A stretch of DNA of 64,000 nt from a bacterium (lineage in GTDB: Bacteria > Patescibacteriota > Saccharimonadia > UBA4664): positions 392,727 to 456,726 of the forward strand of contig CP064960.1 of NCBI GenBank assembly GCA_016699105.1, given 5' to 3'. A program made the position numbers and the translations under genes. Under the pieces are notes generated by a model. The model did no database searches, was not told where the DNA came from, and saw only the letters and a program-made list of their open reading frames with translations. Positions within the stretch are counted from its first letter, which is position 1. Each line of letters begins with the position of its first letter. This document shows positions 31,800 through 42,068 of this stretch, piece after piece.

Positions 31800-32609
31800 T
31801 ATACTATGCTTATGCTTGAACAGATGTTGATGGTGGCGTGGGCGGCGATGCTGGGTTTGGTCGTGGGGTCTGGTATCAATGCACTGGTGTGGCGCTTACA
31901 TGAAGGCACCAGTTGGGTGCATGGCCGGAGTCATTGTAGTCACTGTGGTCATATGCTGGCAGCCAAAGATCTGGTGCCGGTGCTCAGCTGGGTGATACTA
32001 GGTGGAAAGTGCCGCTATTGCCATCGGCCAATCACTGATGGTCCGGCGATCGAATTAGCGACTGGTGTGAGCTTTGGTTTGAGTATGTGGGTATTATATC
32101 CTGGCTTGCTCACCAATATTGTAATGGTTGCATTATGGTTTGTGCTGATGACGTTGCTCTTGGCATTGGCGGCCTATGATTGGCGCTGGATGCTTTTGCC
32201 GGATAAATTGATGATACCGCTCGTAGTTCTAGCCGGCGTGGCGACAGCATATGGTGCAATCGTGCTCCAGGATTGGCATATAACGGGTGGAGCTTTGGCA
32301 GCAGCCGTGTTGGCTGGTGGTGTGTTTTGGATCATGGCGGCAGCTTCAAAGGGTCGGGCAATGGGTGGCGGTGACATTAAATTGGCTTTTGCCATGGGGC
32401 TGATGCTCGGATTGCAAAGCACTGCGGTGGCAATGTTTATAGCTTTTAATGTGGCGGCAATCGCTGGCGTGGTTTTAATTGTGACGAAGCGGCGAGGCCG
32501 GCGTGATCACATACCGTTTGGACCATATTTGGTACTCGGTACGATCATAGCTTATCTGTATGGGCGTGATATTGTAGCAGCCTACTTACGGCTAGGCGGA
32601 ATAGGGTAG
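31797..32609 (+). CDS. pilD: prepilin peptidase PilD (A24 family)
   Basis: N-terminal CSHCGH...CRYCHRPI zinc motif and a polytopic membrane domain containing GGGDIKL. Confidence 0.85.
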   Translation: MYTMLMLEQMLMVAWAAMLGLVVGSGINALVWRLHEGTSWVHGRSHCSHCGHMLAAKDLVPVLSWVILGGKCRYCHRPITDGPAIELATGVSFGLSMWVLYPGLLTNIVMVALWFVLMTLLLALAAYDWRWMLLPDKLMIPLVVLAGVATAYGAIVLQDWHITGGALAAAVLAGGVFWIMAAASKGRAMGGGDIKLAFAMGLMLGLQSTAVAMFIAFNVAAIAGVVLIVTKRRGRRDHIPFGPYLVLGTIIAYLYGRDIVAAYLRLGGIG

Positions 32610-32613
32610 GGGC

Positions 32614-33231
32614 GTGCTACAATTGAAAGTACTTATGGTGAAGAAGTTCCAATCTGGGTTTACTTTGATTGAAGTAAGCATTGTGTTTGCCATTTCTGGC
32701 CTGCTTATTTTGGTAGTATTTGCTGGCCAGCGCGGACTGCGTGCCCGCACCCAATTTGACTCGGCAGTGGATAGGGTAGTTTCGAGTGCGACGTCGGCGC
32801 GCAATCAAACCATAGCGGCAGTTAATACGGTTGGTATTGGCGATGGCACCGACGCCTGCCCAGGCGGACCAGGACAATATGTGTATGCGGGAGTTGAATG
32901 GGCGGCCACCAATGCGTCGCCGGCGATCACGATGCGGTCATGGAAGGCCTTGCCTGGTGTACGGGCGTGTGTATTTCAAACTGAAACACTGACACTACCA
33001 GCCAACGTGCGAGCAACCTCACCCTCGGCCAACGGTGGTAGAATTTTATTTATTAAAAATGATGATGGCTCGGCTCGAACCTGTATGGTCGGTGATCAAA
33101 CGACCCCGGTCGAAACCTATTTCATGGGAACAAGTTGTGCACCTAGTAATATGCAGTTTCAGCTCGTGGACAATGATGGTCATAGCTCAACAATCCAAGT
33201 CGATGAATCGGGATTGGCGAGGCGCTTATGA
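32614..33231 (+). CDS. minor pilin / pseudopilin
   Basis: KKFQSG|FTLIEVSIVFAISGLLILVV prepilin signal. Confidence 0.7.
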   Translation: MLQLKVLMVKKFQSGFTLIEVSIVFAISGLLILVVFAGQRGLRARTQFDSAVDRVVSSATSARNQTIAAVNTVGIGDGTDACPGGPGQYVYAGVEWAATNASPAITMRSWKALPGVRACVFQTETLTLPANVRATSPSANGGRILFIKNDDGSARTCMVGDQTTPVETYFMGTSCAPSNMQFQLVDNDGHSSTIQVDESGLARRL

Positions 33232-33776
33232 GAAAAACAGCTGGTTTTACCTTGATTGAACTGACAATGGCTATGGCAGTGTTTAGTGGTATGCTGCTGA
33301 TTATTGTGATGGGTTTTATCAATATTACGCATATGCGTAATCGGGCAAATGCCCTCAATGCCGCCCAAGACAATGGGCGGCTGGCCATGGAAGAATTAGT
33401 CCAGGCAGTGCGGGCGTCATCACCGGACACTAACGCTACAACCACCGGCTTACTTCCGACGAGCAAAGCATTATGTCTGACCCGCTCGGGTACGACGGAA
33501 CAGGTTTATTTTGTAGATGGTGGCTTTTTGACGGTCGCTGATGGTTGTGTGACGCGGCTCAATCGCCGCCACCTGACAACCGACAAAGTGGCAATCGTTA
33601 ATTTTGATCCTCAAGTGGTTGTGCCCACGCCCGGCGACAAACCACAGATTGAAATTAACCTGATGGTAGCGACCAATAACGGCTCGACGACCGGTGCTGG
33701 TTCAGCTACGAAATGTAATCCAATATCGTCATATTGCGCCGTTGTGACATTAAATTCAGGAGCCACACCACGATGA
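33228..33776 (+). CDS. minor pilin (PilW/GspJ-like)
   Basis: MRKTAG|FTLIELTMAMAVFSGMLL. Confidence 0.65.
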   Translation: MRKTAGFTLIELTMAMAVFSGMLLIIVMGFINITHMRNRANALNAAQDNGRLAMEELVQAVRASSPDTNATTTGLLPTSKALCLTRSGTTEQVYFVDGGFLTVADGCVTRLNRRHLTTDKVAIVNFDPQVVVPTPGDKPQIEINLMVATNNGSTTGAGSATKCNPISSYCAVVTLNSGATPR

Positions 33777-34798
33777 AACAACCACTCAAGTTGGACCAGC
33801 GCGGATTTGTGTCAATGATCACCGTGATATTGATTAGCCTGTTGTTGTTGCTGGTGACAACAACTATGGTAACCATAGAAGTCGCCCAATTGCGCAAAGC
33901 GTCTGATACTGAGCAATCGATGCGGGCCTATTACACCGCCGAAGCTGGGGTCGAAAATGCAGTTAAAAATGTTCTCAATGGCACAATCGTGGCAGACCAG
34001 CCCTGTACGCGCGTTGCTTATGATACCGCCGAATGGACATGTCAGCAGGTGGAACTTTCGGGTCAGCCAACAGGTAAATTGCCGGCTCCCAATGCTGCCG
34101 TGACGGTGGATCCAGGATTTGTGGCAGCTCCTGGCTATAACAGTGTCAAGATCGAGTGGGATCAGTCGCCCAACGTTAATCCTGGTTATTATTCGACGAC
34201 CAACCCGCTCCCCAGCCAAGCGGTCTATGATGGTTCATTGCCGTTTGCACCACCGTTAGAAATAACGACCGTGCAGTACCCTGCAGGCAACGTGACAGCC
34301 GGGGAAGTGTGCGTCGACGGAATTGTGCCACCTGCTTGCAAGATGCTGATCCAAAACGCTTTGTTTCTACCCGGTGGCGCAGCATTGGGTACCATAAACT
34401 ATGGGGCGGCAGCTGCCTACAGCACCGGCGGACCGTACTTCGGTAATTGTAGTGCGCTACGTACGCCTTACCACTGCCAAGTGATCCTCAATGGTTTTAC
34501 GGCTGCAAATGCTCACATGTTTCGCTTGCAATCGCGCTATGGTGCATCGGCCTATCGGATGACGTTTTACACGGGAAACAATGCCAGTGGCGCTGTGGTA
34601 AACGTGCCCGATGGAACTGCCACAATCGACGTTACGGCCAAAGCCGGCAATACCTTCCGTCGGGTCATTACCAAAGTGCCCAGCCCGCAGGCGCCAGCAT
34701 CGGGACTTAATTACGTTATATTTTCCGATACCGGAGTGTGTAAAGACTTTTCGGTACTGGGTAACGCATTTCCAGGAGGAGGCTACACATGTCCGTAG
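33773..34798 (+). CDS. PilX-like minor pilin (large)
   Basis: MKQPLKLDQRG|FVSMITVILISLLLLLVTTTM...AYYTAEAGVENAV matches the PilX N-terminal signature. Confidence 0.55.
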   Translation: MKQPLKLDQRGFVSMITVILISLLLLLVTTTMVTIEVAQLRKASDTEQSMRAYYTAEAGVENAVKNVLNGTIVADQPCTRVAYDTAEWTCQQVELSGQPTGKLPAPNAAVTVDPGFVAAPGYNSVKIEWDQSPNVNPGYYSTTNPLPSQAVYDGSLPFAPPLEITTVQYPAGNVTAGEVCVDGIVPPACKMLIQNALFLPGGAALGTINYGAAAAYSTGGPYFGNCSALRTPYHCQVILNGFTAANAHMFRLQSRYGASAYRMTFYTGNNASGAVVNVPDGTATIDVTAKAGNTFRRVITKVPSPQAPASGLNYVIFSDTGVCKDFSVLGNAFPGGGYTCP

Positions 34799-36023
34799 TG
34801 CGCAACAGACGAGGGGATACACTGGTCGAAGTGACGGTGGCGCTTGCGATATTGTCTTTGATATTACTAAGTTCGACCCGTCTGGCTATTCGGGCATTTC
34901 AACAAGGTCAGACAGCCCGGGAGCGCACTACCGTGGCATTGGTGGCGCAAAATCAATTAGAATACCTGCGTAATTTTCGCGATAACCACAGCTGGAGTCA
35001 GTTTACGACCGGAAACGGTGCAACGTATAACGGTGTGCTTAACACGGGTGCGCTTAGTGGATGTCGGGGCGTAGGTCCAAGTCAATGCTTCCATATGATT
35101 AAAACCGCGGACGGCTATGTACCGGCAGAGGGCGGAGTGGCGACATCGGTACCAGATTCGTACATTGAACTAGTAGCTACACCAGACGATCCGGCTGATC
35201 CGCAGACGGTTAGTTTCCGGGTATCCTGGGGCTTTCGTGACTTGAGCGGCGGCCCAGAAAACGTGAACCATTTAGTGACTGAAATGACGCGCTTGGTTGC
35301 GGTAACGCCGGCTCCGACACCTCTAGCTTGTGTAAATAATAACGATATTGTGTTTGTGTTAGACCAATCACACTCAATGACCTACAACTGGAATGACGAT
35401 AATCCAGCTGTTGCCCCAAACCCTGACCGCTTTGACGTCATGATTCCATTATTGACCCAAGCAGGTGGATTACTCAGTAACGCTGGTATTGGCCCTGGTG
35501 ATAATCAGGGTGCTATTTTGAAGTTTGCGGGCGATGGGAATGCGGTTCCATATCGGCCGGAAATCTTTCCACCAGCTGATCTAGCTCAACAGTTGACGAC
35601 AAACGTGGCAGCGTTAATAACGCAAGCTGATCAGAAAACAGATTTTAGTCCGGTTGAAGCTACTCGTTATCGTGGTGCAATGACGGCAGCAAAAATGAAT
35701 TACTCTTTGGTCTCAATGCGCGGCCAGCCGCTGACAAGGTGATCGTATTTATTTCTGATGGCTATCCAGATGATGTTGATTGGTTCTGGAACACTGGTCC
35801 AAATGAGACAGCGGTTCGGGCGTATGTCGATGCTCAGATGGCAGGAAGCGGCATTACAATGTACACGATTGGTATCCAGCCGAATGTTGCTATAAACACG
35901 GTCTTGCAGTACATGGCGGCGCAGACGGGTGGAGTATATTATCCGATTAATACAGTCGGACCAGGATCACAGGCGCAGTTTGATGCGGCGCTCGATGCAG
36001 TGGCTGATTTGCTCGACTGTTAG
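34789..36023 (+). CDS. PilV-like minor pilin with a C-terminal von Willebrand factor A domain, frameshifted near 35700-35740
   Basis: MSVVRNRRG|DTLVEVTVALAILSLILL; VWA MIDAS motif DIVFVLDQSHSM; the downstream ORF carries VIVFISDGYPDD...MYTIGI. Confidence 0.65.
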
Positions 36024-36033
36024 TAGTTTGGCT

Positions 36034-36953
36034 TTAGCTTGATTGGTTGTGGAACTTTTCGTGGACCTGGCGGAGTTGGGGGTCTGTGATATGAGTGTAA
36101 ATCTGGGTTGTTTGGACGTTGGCGTGACCAAGTAGGCCTTGGACACTTCTAAGGTCGGCACCGTTGTGGAGAAGGTCGGTGGCAAAGCTGTGGCGCAAAG
36201 TGTGGGGCGTGACGTGCTTAATGATGCCGGCAGTGGTAGCGTAGCGTTTAATCAAACGCTGAACGCTGCGGGCGGTGAGGCGTTGGTAGGCGCCATTTTC
36301 GCTGGCATCGGCACTTCCTGAATAGTGAATGAAAAGGGGACTGGCTGGATCGGACCGGGTGGCCAGATAGCGCTCCAGCCAATCGGCGGCAGTTTCGGAG
36401 ATAAAGATAGGCCGGTCCTTTTGGCCTTTGCCACGCACCATAAACTCGCGGCGGTTGAGATTTACTTGATCACGGTTTAGACCGATGAGTTCGCTGACGC
36501 GCAATCCACCCGAGAATAGGAGCTCAACGATAGCCCGGTCGCGCAAGCCGATCGGATTGGCGGTATCGATGGCTGTAAATAACCGCTGGAGTTCCTCTTG
36601 ATCTAAGAATGTCACCTGGGGCCGAGTGGTCTTGGCGAGCTCGATTTTGGCGGAATCTAGCGCCTTGATGTCACGTTTGGCCAAGTACTTGAGGAAACTG
36701 CGCAGGGCGATAAGGTGATAGTTTTGGGTCGTCTTAGATAACTCCTGGCCGCGGTTATCTCGGGTACGGTTGAGATTGAGGCGCCACTGGCGCACCATCT
36801 CAGCATCAAGTTGGTTGATATCACAGTTGTCGGTAAAATCGACTAACCTTTGGAGGTAGTGGTCATAGTTGGCGATCGTTTTTGGGAGCGGTTTTGTTCG
36901 ATCTCCAGATGTTCCAGATAGTCGGTCATAAGATCAGATAGGGGAAGTGTAGC
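36034..36953 (-). CDS. tyrosine recombinase XerC/XerD family, with a frameshift (T5 on + strand at 36879-36883)
   Basis: C-terminal HTLRHSFATDLL...LLGHANVQTTQIYTH with catalytic Tyr. The N-terminal 52 aa (MATLPLSDLMTDYLEHLEIEQNRSQK...) are in another frame. Confidence 0.85.
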
Positions 36954-36977
36954 CATATTTCCATTATACTTAAAAAT

Positions 36978-38803
36978 ATGGATAGAGATGTGGTCCGGCC
37001 GATTATTCTTAAGACGCTCCTGGTATGTTTAGCAGTGGCGACGTTTCCGTGGTTGACCGGCGGCAAGGAGCCATTAGCGGGACTGTTGAGCGGGGCAGCG
37101 CTGTTGCTGGCGGCACTCCTTGTTTGGCGTGAGGGCATGATGCGGCGTTCAATGCCGGTGTGGGTGACGGGGTTATATCTGGGGCTCATGGTTTGGGCGG
37201 CGGTGAGTGGGTTATGGACGGCCAATCGTTTTAGCACCTTATTATGGCTTCAGGCTTGGGCGACGGCTGGTGGCGTGTTTTGGCTGTCACGGATAATTGG
37301 GCGACAACCTGGCGGCTGGCAGGCAGTGCGCAACTTGTATATGGCATCGGCAGTTGTATTTGCCATGTGGGGAATGGGGCTGTATGTGTGGGGTGATTAC
37401 GACCGGTTGGTGGGACCAATATACTGGCCGAATCCGGCCGCAACGTATATATTGCCGGCGCTGATTTTAGCTTTCGGCACGTGGTTAAAACCAAACATCC
37501 GACTGAAAAAGATGGTGGTGAATGGTGTAATCTTGGTGATTTTAGGGGCGGCATTTTGGCTGACAGCATCGCGGGCAGCATTGGTGATACTGGCTTTATA
37601 CAGCGTTGTTTTGGTAGTTGTGCAATCTACTACAAAACGACTTTTGGATACAATTATTGTTCGCAATAATTGTACCTTGGCTGTTGAGTCTGGCGACGGT
37701 GCAAGTTGCTGGTTGGGTGGGGCATCATCGCGCTGATGGCGCTGGATTGTCGGAACGGGTAGCCGAGGCAACGGAAGGTCAGTCCCAAAGCCTTAAAGAC
37801 CGCTGGGCCTATACAAATGCAGCCTTGAATATGTGGTCTGACCATCCGATCGGTGGCGTGGGTGCTGGTAATTTTGGTGATGTTCATCCGGTTTACCAAA
37901 ACAACCCGGTTCAAGCAGCGCGGAATGCTGGGCAATTTGCCGGCGCAGATGTTAGCCGAACTTGGCTTGGTCGGGTTGGGATTGTTGGGTTGGCTACTAT
38001 TAAGCTGGTTCGTATTGGCTTTCGCTGGTAGCTGGCAACAAGGCCGGGATGGCGTAGTACTGCTCTTGGGAGTGTTGGCTGCCCTTACGCACATGGCTGT
38101 CGATATTGGAGCTAGTTACCCGGCGATACTAGCGAGTGTGGCGATGCTTATGGCACTAGCTAGTTGGCAGCCATCTAGAGCTCGCATGGGTCGGCCACGG
38201 TGGGTAATCGGTGGATTTCTATTGTTGGCGGGAGGTGCAATCGGGATCTATCAAGGGGCGACGGCGGCTCAAAATGGTCAGATCTACCTGGAAAACGGTG
38301 AATTCACCGAAGCAAGCATCGCCTATGACAAATCAAATAGCTTTGGGGTGGGTAATCCGGATTGGTTGTCTGCCCGCGGCATTGTGAAGTTAGCTCAAAG
38401 TCAGTCGGCGACCGATGACGCCGTAAAACAACAATTTTTGTCTGAAGCTCTGGACGATGCACTCCTAGCCCAAGCTCGTGATCGGTCAGATGGCCAACAC
38501 TGGCAACTGGAATCCAGGGTTAGACTGGCTCTAAACCAGCCAGAGTCAGCGTTAGCCGCTGCCCTCGAAGCATTGAAACGTGACCCCAACAATCATCCCG
38601 AGTACGCAGGAGATGCGGCGGCAGCGTATTGGCGGCTGGGGCGATTTGAAGCCGGAATTGCTGTCATAGACGACATGCTCGCGCGCTACCCACCAGCAGT
38701 GCGCGAGAACCGGGCGGTTGATTTGACGCTGGCGCCACGCCTAGAACAGCTCGAGGCAGTGAAAGTTAGTTTGCTGGCAGCTGATGCCAATACTAAGTTT
38801 TAG
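36978..38803 (+). CDS. O-antigen ligase (Wzy_C) family membrane protein with a C-terminal TPR domain, split by at least two frameshifts
   Basis: Polytopic N-terminus. WSDHPIGGVGAGNF Wzy_C signature in the second ORF. More TM segments plus TPR-like helices in the third ORF. Confidence 0.6.
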
Positions 38804-38818
38804 GTTATAATAGGGGAC

Positions 38819-39446
38819 ATGGACTTTGGCCAAATCGCACTCGATCTCATTTCAGCGCTCGGATACGCCGGCATGGCTTTTGGGCTGGTCGTCGATAGCT
38901 TCGGTATTCCAATCCCATCAGAAATCTTACTAGCGGTTGGTGGCATGTTAGCCGCTCAAGGGAAGATGAATGTGTGGGTAGTATTGACCTTGGGCACGCT
39001 TGCTCAATTGGTCGGTGGGTTAGTGGGTTATGCTATTGGCCGCTATGGTGGGTATCCATTCCTTGAGAAATATGGCAAATACTTCCTAATTTCGCACAAA
39101 GACCTGCAAAAACGCAAGTGGCATTTGATAAATACGGACCGCTGTTGACGATGGCTGGACGCTGTATGCCTGTCATCCGGGGCTGGTAGCTTACCCGGCG
39201 GGCATAGCGCGCATGAAAGCTGGGAGTTATATCTTATATTCCTTCATCGGGTCGTTTGTATGGTCGGCATTGTGGGTGTGGCTTGGGTTTACACTCGGTG
39301 AGCATTTTGAAACGGTCAACAAGTGGATGCATGATTTTGCACTGGTGTTTATCGGGGCGGCGTTACTGTTTGTAGCCTGGCATATGCGTGAGCGTTTGGG
39401 CCGGGTATTTAATAAATTACGAAGGTCTCCCTCAAGCGGGTCCTAA
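38819..39446 (+). CDS. DedA family membrane protein, frameshifted
   Basis: GIPIPSEILLAVGGMLAAQGKMNVW...GYAIGRYGGYPFLEKYG, then (other frames) ...MPVIRG...ARMKAGSYILYSFIGSFVWSALWV. Confidence 0.65.
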
Positions 39447-39463
39447 TCTGATATAGTAGCCAC

Positions 39464-40747
39464 GTGAAGATCAACCAAACTACTCTGGCCAACGGCCTCC
39501 AAATAGTCACGGCCAGTATGGCCGATGCCCGTAGTGTCACGGTAAACATTGTGGCTGGAACTGGCTCCAGATATGAGCAATATCACGTCAATGGTGGGGT
39601 GTCGCACTTTCTGGAGCATTTGTTATTCAAAGGCACCAAAAAATACCCGACAGCGGCCCGGATTGCTGAAGCCGTCGATGCAGTGGGCGGATACAATAAC
39701 GCTTACACGGGTGAAGACATTACCTCGTTTTATATCAAAGTACCGGCACGTCACGGAGAACTGGCTTTAGATATATTGGCCGACATGGTCAAGGCACCAC
39801 TATTGGAGGCGGTCGAAATCGACCGAGAGCGGGGCGTGATCGTCGAAGAAATGAATGTATTCCAAGATGACCCACCGCGATACATTGGTACGTTGGTGCC
39901 ATCACTAGTGTTTCCAGACAATCCGTTAGGACAAGACATTATTGGTTCTGAAGAAGTGATTGAGCGCTTGAGCCGCGATGAAATAGCAGCCTACATGAAG
40001 CGGCATTACCGGCCAAATAATTTGGTCGTAGCAATTGCTGGGGCGGTTGACCATGCTACGGTTGTACGCCAGATGGAAGCGGCTTTGGGCGAGATGACTC
40101 CGCAAGAGCGCGCAGTGCCGGCGGCTGTCAATGGGGGATTGTCGAGCCAATTAGCCTTGCCATATGCCAAAGATACCGCTCAAGCACACATCATGGTGGC
40201 ATCACGGTCGTACGCATATTTGGATAAAGACGAACCAGCTAGCCGGGTGGTGGCAGCTATTTTGGGTCGGGGTATGAGCTCAAGATTATTCTTGAATGTA
40301 CGCGAGCGACAAGGCTTAGCCTACAACGTGTTTGCTGAGACCAATAGTTACGTTGATACCGGCATCTTTGAAGCGTATGCTGGCGTTGGTATCGATAAAA
40401 TTGATCAGGCGCTAGAGTCGGTATTAGCGGAGCTCGATGGCATCTGCCAACAACAAGTTGGAGCCGCTGAGCTTGCCAAAGCCAAACAGCAACTGGTAGC
40501 GGGACTGGAAATGAGTCTAGAAAGTAATGCCAGCATCGCCGATAGATTGGGTGCTCAACTGGCGCTGCTTGGCCGGGTGCAGCCGGTTGATGAATTAATT
40601 GCGGCGGTGGAAGCGGTGACCCCGGCAGATGTACTGCGGGTGTCACAGGCAATGTTGGCACCAGAGCATTTGCGTATGGCCATCATTGCTCCGCAACCCC
40701 AAAGCTCCGCCGATCATTTTGGAACGCTCGTAAGCAATAAAAAGTAA
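39464..40747 (+). CDS. M16 family zinc peptidase (insulinase-like)
   Basis: HxxEH motif HFLEHLLFKGTKKYP; 427 aa; GTG start. Confidence 0.85.
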   Translation: MKINQTTLANGLQIVTASMADARSVTVNIVAGTGSRYEQYHVNGGVSHFLEHLLFKGTKKYPTAARIAEAVDAVGGYNNAYTGEDITSFYIKVPARHGELALDILADMVKAPLLEAVEIDRERGVIVEEMNVFQDDPPRYIGTLVPSLVFPDNPLGQDIIGSEEVIERLSRDEIAAYMKRHYRPNNLVVAIAGAVDHATVVRQMEAALGEMTPQERAVPAAVNGGLSSQLALPYAKDTAQAHIMVASRSYAYLDKDEPASRVVAAILGRGMSSRLFLNVRERQGLAYNVFAETNSYVDTGIFEAYAGVGIDKIDQALESVLAELDGICQQQVGAAELAKAKQQLVAGLEMSLESNASIADRLGAQLALLGRVQPVDELIAAVEAVTPADVLRVSQAMLAPEHLRMAIIAPQPQSSADHFGTLVSNKK

Positions 40748-40754
40748 GGAGAAT

Positions 40755-41351
40755 TTGACGATGAGCAAATTACTGCAAGAACAAACGTTTGTACTCGTGA
40801 AGCCTGATGGCGTAAAGCGCGGATTAATTGGTGAAATAATTGATCGCATCGAACGCCGGGGGCTAAAGGTAATCGCCATCAAGATGGTAACGCCAACCCG
40901 GCAACAAGCGACCGATCACTATCCGGCTCCGGACGAGTGGTGCCGACTCGTTGGTGAGAAGACGATGGAAAGTTACCTCAAATACGGTAAGGACCCCAAA
41001 GAATCTCTGGGTACCGATGATTTGGTAGAGATTGGCAAGATTATCAACGAGTTCAACATGACCTATCTGACCGAAGGGCCAGTGGTCTGTATGATTATTC
41101 AGGGCTTGCACGCTGTCGATATGGTACGCAAACTGGTCGGCAAGACGTTCCCGTCATTTGCAGATCCTGGTACTATCCGCGGCGATTATTCAGTGGATTC
41201 ACCTAACCTCGCCAACGATCAAAAGCGTTCAGTGCGCAATTTGGTACATGCTTCCGGAGAAATTGCCGAAGCTCAGCACGAAATTGGGGTGTGGTTTACC
41301 AAAGATGAGATTCATACCTATCGTCGTAGTGACGAAGACGTGATGTTCTAA
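40755..41351 (+). CDS. ndk: nucleoside diphosphate kinase (long form)
   Basis: [36 protein letters not shown] and the ...NLVHASG... active-site histidine region. Confidence 0.8.
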   Translation: [198 protein letters not shown]

Positions 41352-41362
41352 CAAATAATTGC

Positions 41363-41438
41363 TGGTGCCCCGGGTAGGAATCGAACCTACGACGCCCTCC
41401 TTAGGACGGAGGCGCTCTATCCGCTGAGCTACCGGGGC
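41363..41438 (-). tRNA. tRNA-Arg (anticodon CCU)
   Basis: Reverse complement GCCCCGGTAGCTCAGCGGATAGAGCGCCTCCGTCCTAAGGAGG...GGTTCGATTCCTACCCGGGGCACCA, with CCA encoded. Confidence 0.8.
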
Positions 41439-41479
41439 GGGCAGAGCTGGATACGCGCCTCATTATACCTTGGGAGCCG

Positions 41480-42043
41480 GTGGTTTGCTACAATGACTGC
41501 ATGGCAAAACAACGCAGGTTGGAAAAAGACTTTCCGGGACAGCATGAAGGTGAGGAAGTTCAATTTCTATTCCGGCAGCACCCGTTGGTAATGCGCAAAG
41601 CGCTCGTACTGGGTTTGTTTGCAATTTTACTGGGGGTATTACCTCTGGATTTTCCCATCGTCTGGCAACATGAAGCGGTGGCTAACTGGCTGATTAAACT
41701 GGCTTTGGTAGTACCGGTGATAGTATTGGCAGCCTGGGCGTATCGGTGGCTGGGGTGGTATTACACTGTCTATTTGGTGACCAATGAACGCATGGTTCTG
41801 ATCACGCAAAAGGGCTTTTTTGACCGCCAAGTAGAAGAGTGGCAGCTCGATGCCATTACCAATGTGAATTACCATATTGGCGGCTTTCAAGCAGCGATCT
41901 TTGGGTATGGCGACATTGTGGCCAAGACCTACGTGGGCGATGTCGAGCTGAAGTACATTCATAAGCCAGCGGAGATCCACGAAGACTTGTTGGAGGCTGT
42001 CCGCGATGCTGGCGGCTCGACACAGTTACCTGTTGTGCGCTAG
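41480..42043 (+). CDS. membrane protein with a bacterial PH (bPH_2/YdbT-like) domain
   Basis: Two TM segments followed by VYLVTNERMVLITQKGFFDRQVEEWQLDAITNVNY. Confidence 0.5.
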   Translation: MVCYNDCMAKQRRLEKDFPGQHEGEEVQFLFRQHPLVMRKALVLGLFAILLGVLPLDFPIVWQHEAVANWLIKLALVVPVIVLAAWAYRWLGWYYTVYLVTNERMVLITQKGFFDRQVEEWQLDAITNVNYHIGGFQAAIFGYGDIVAKTYVGDVELKYIHKPAEIHEDLLEAVRDAGGSTQLPVVR

Positions 42044-42068
42044 GATAGGTGTACATATCTTTTGACTG

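Noticed and set aside
24166-36023. Looked for a pilQ secretin or pilP within or next to the pilus locus
   Set aside because: No ORF has a secretin-like C-terminal domain. The small ORF at 26421-26684 is too short to be one.
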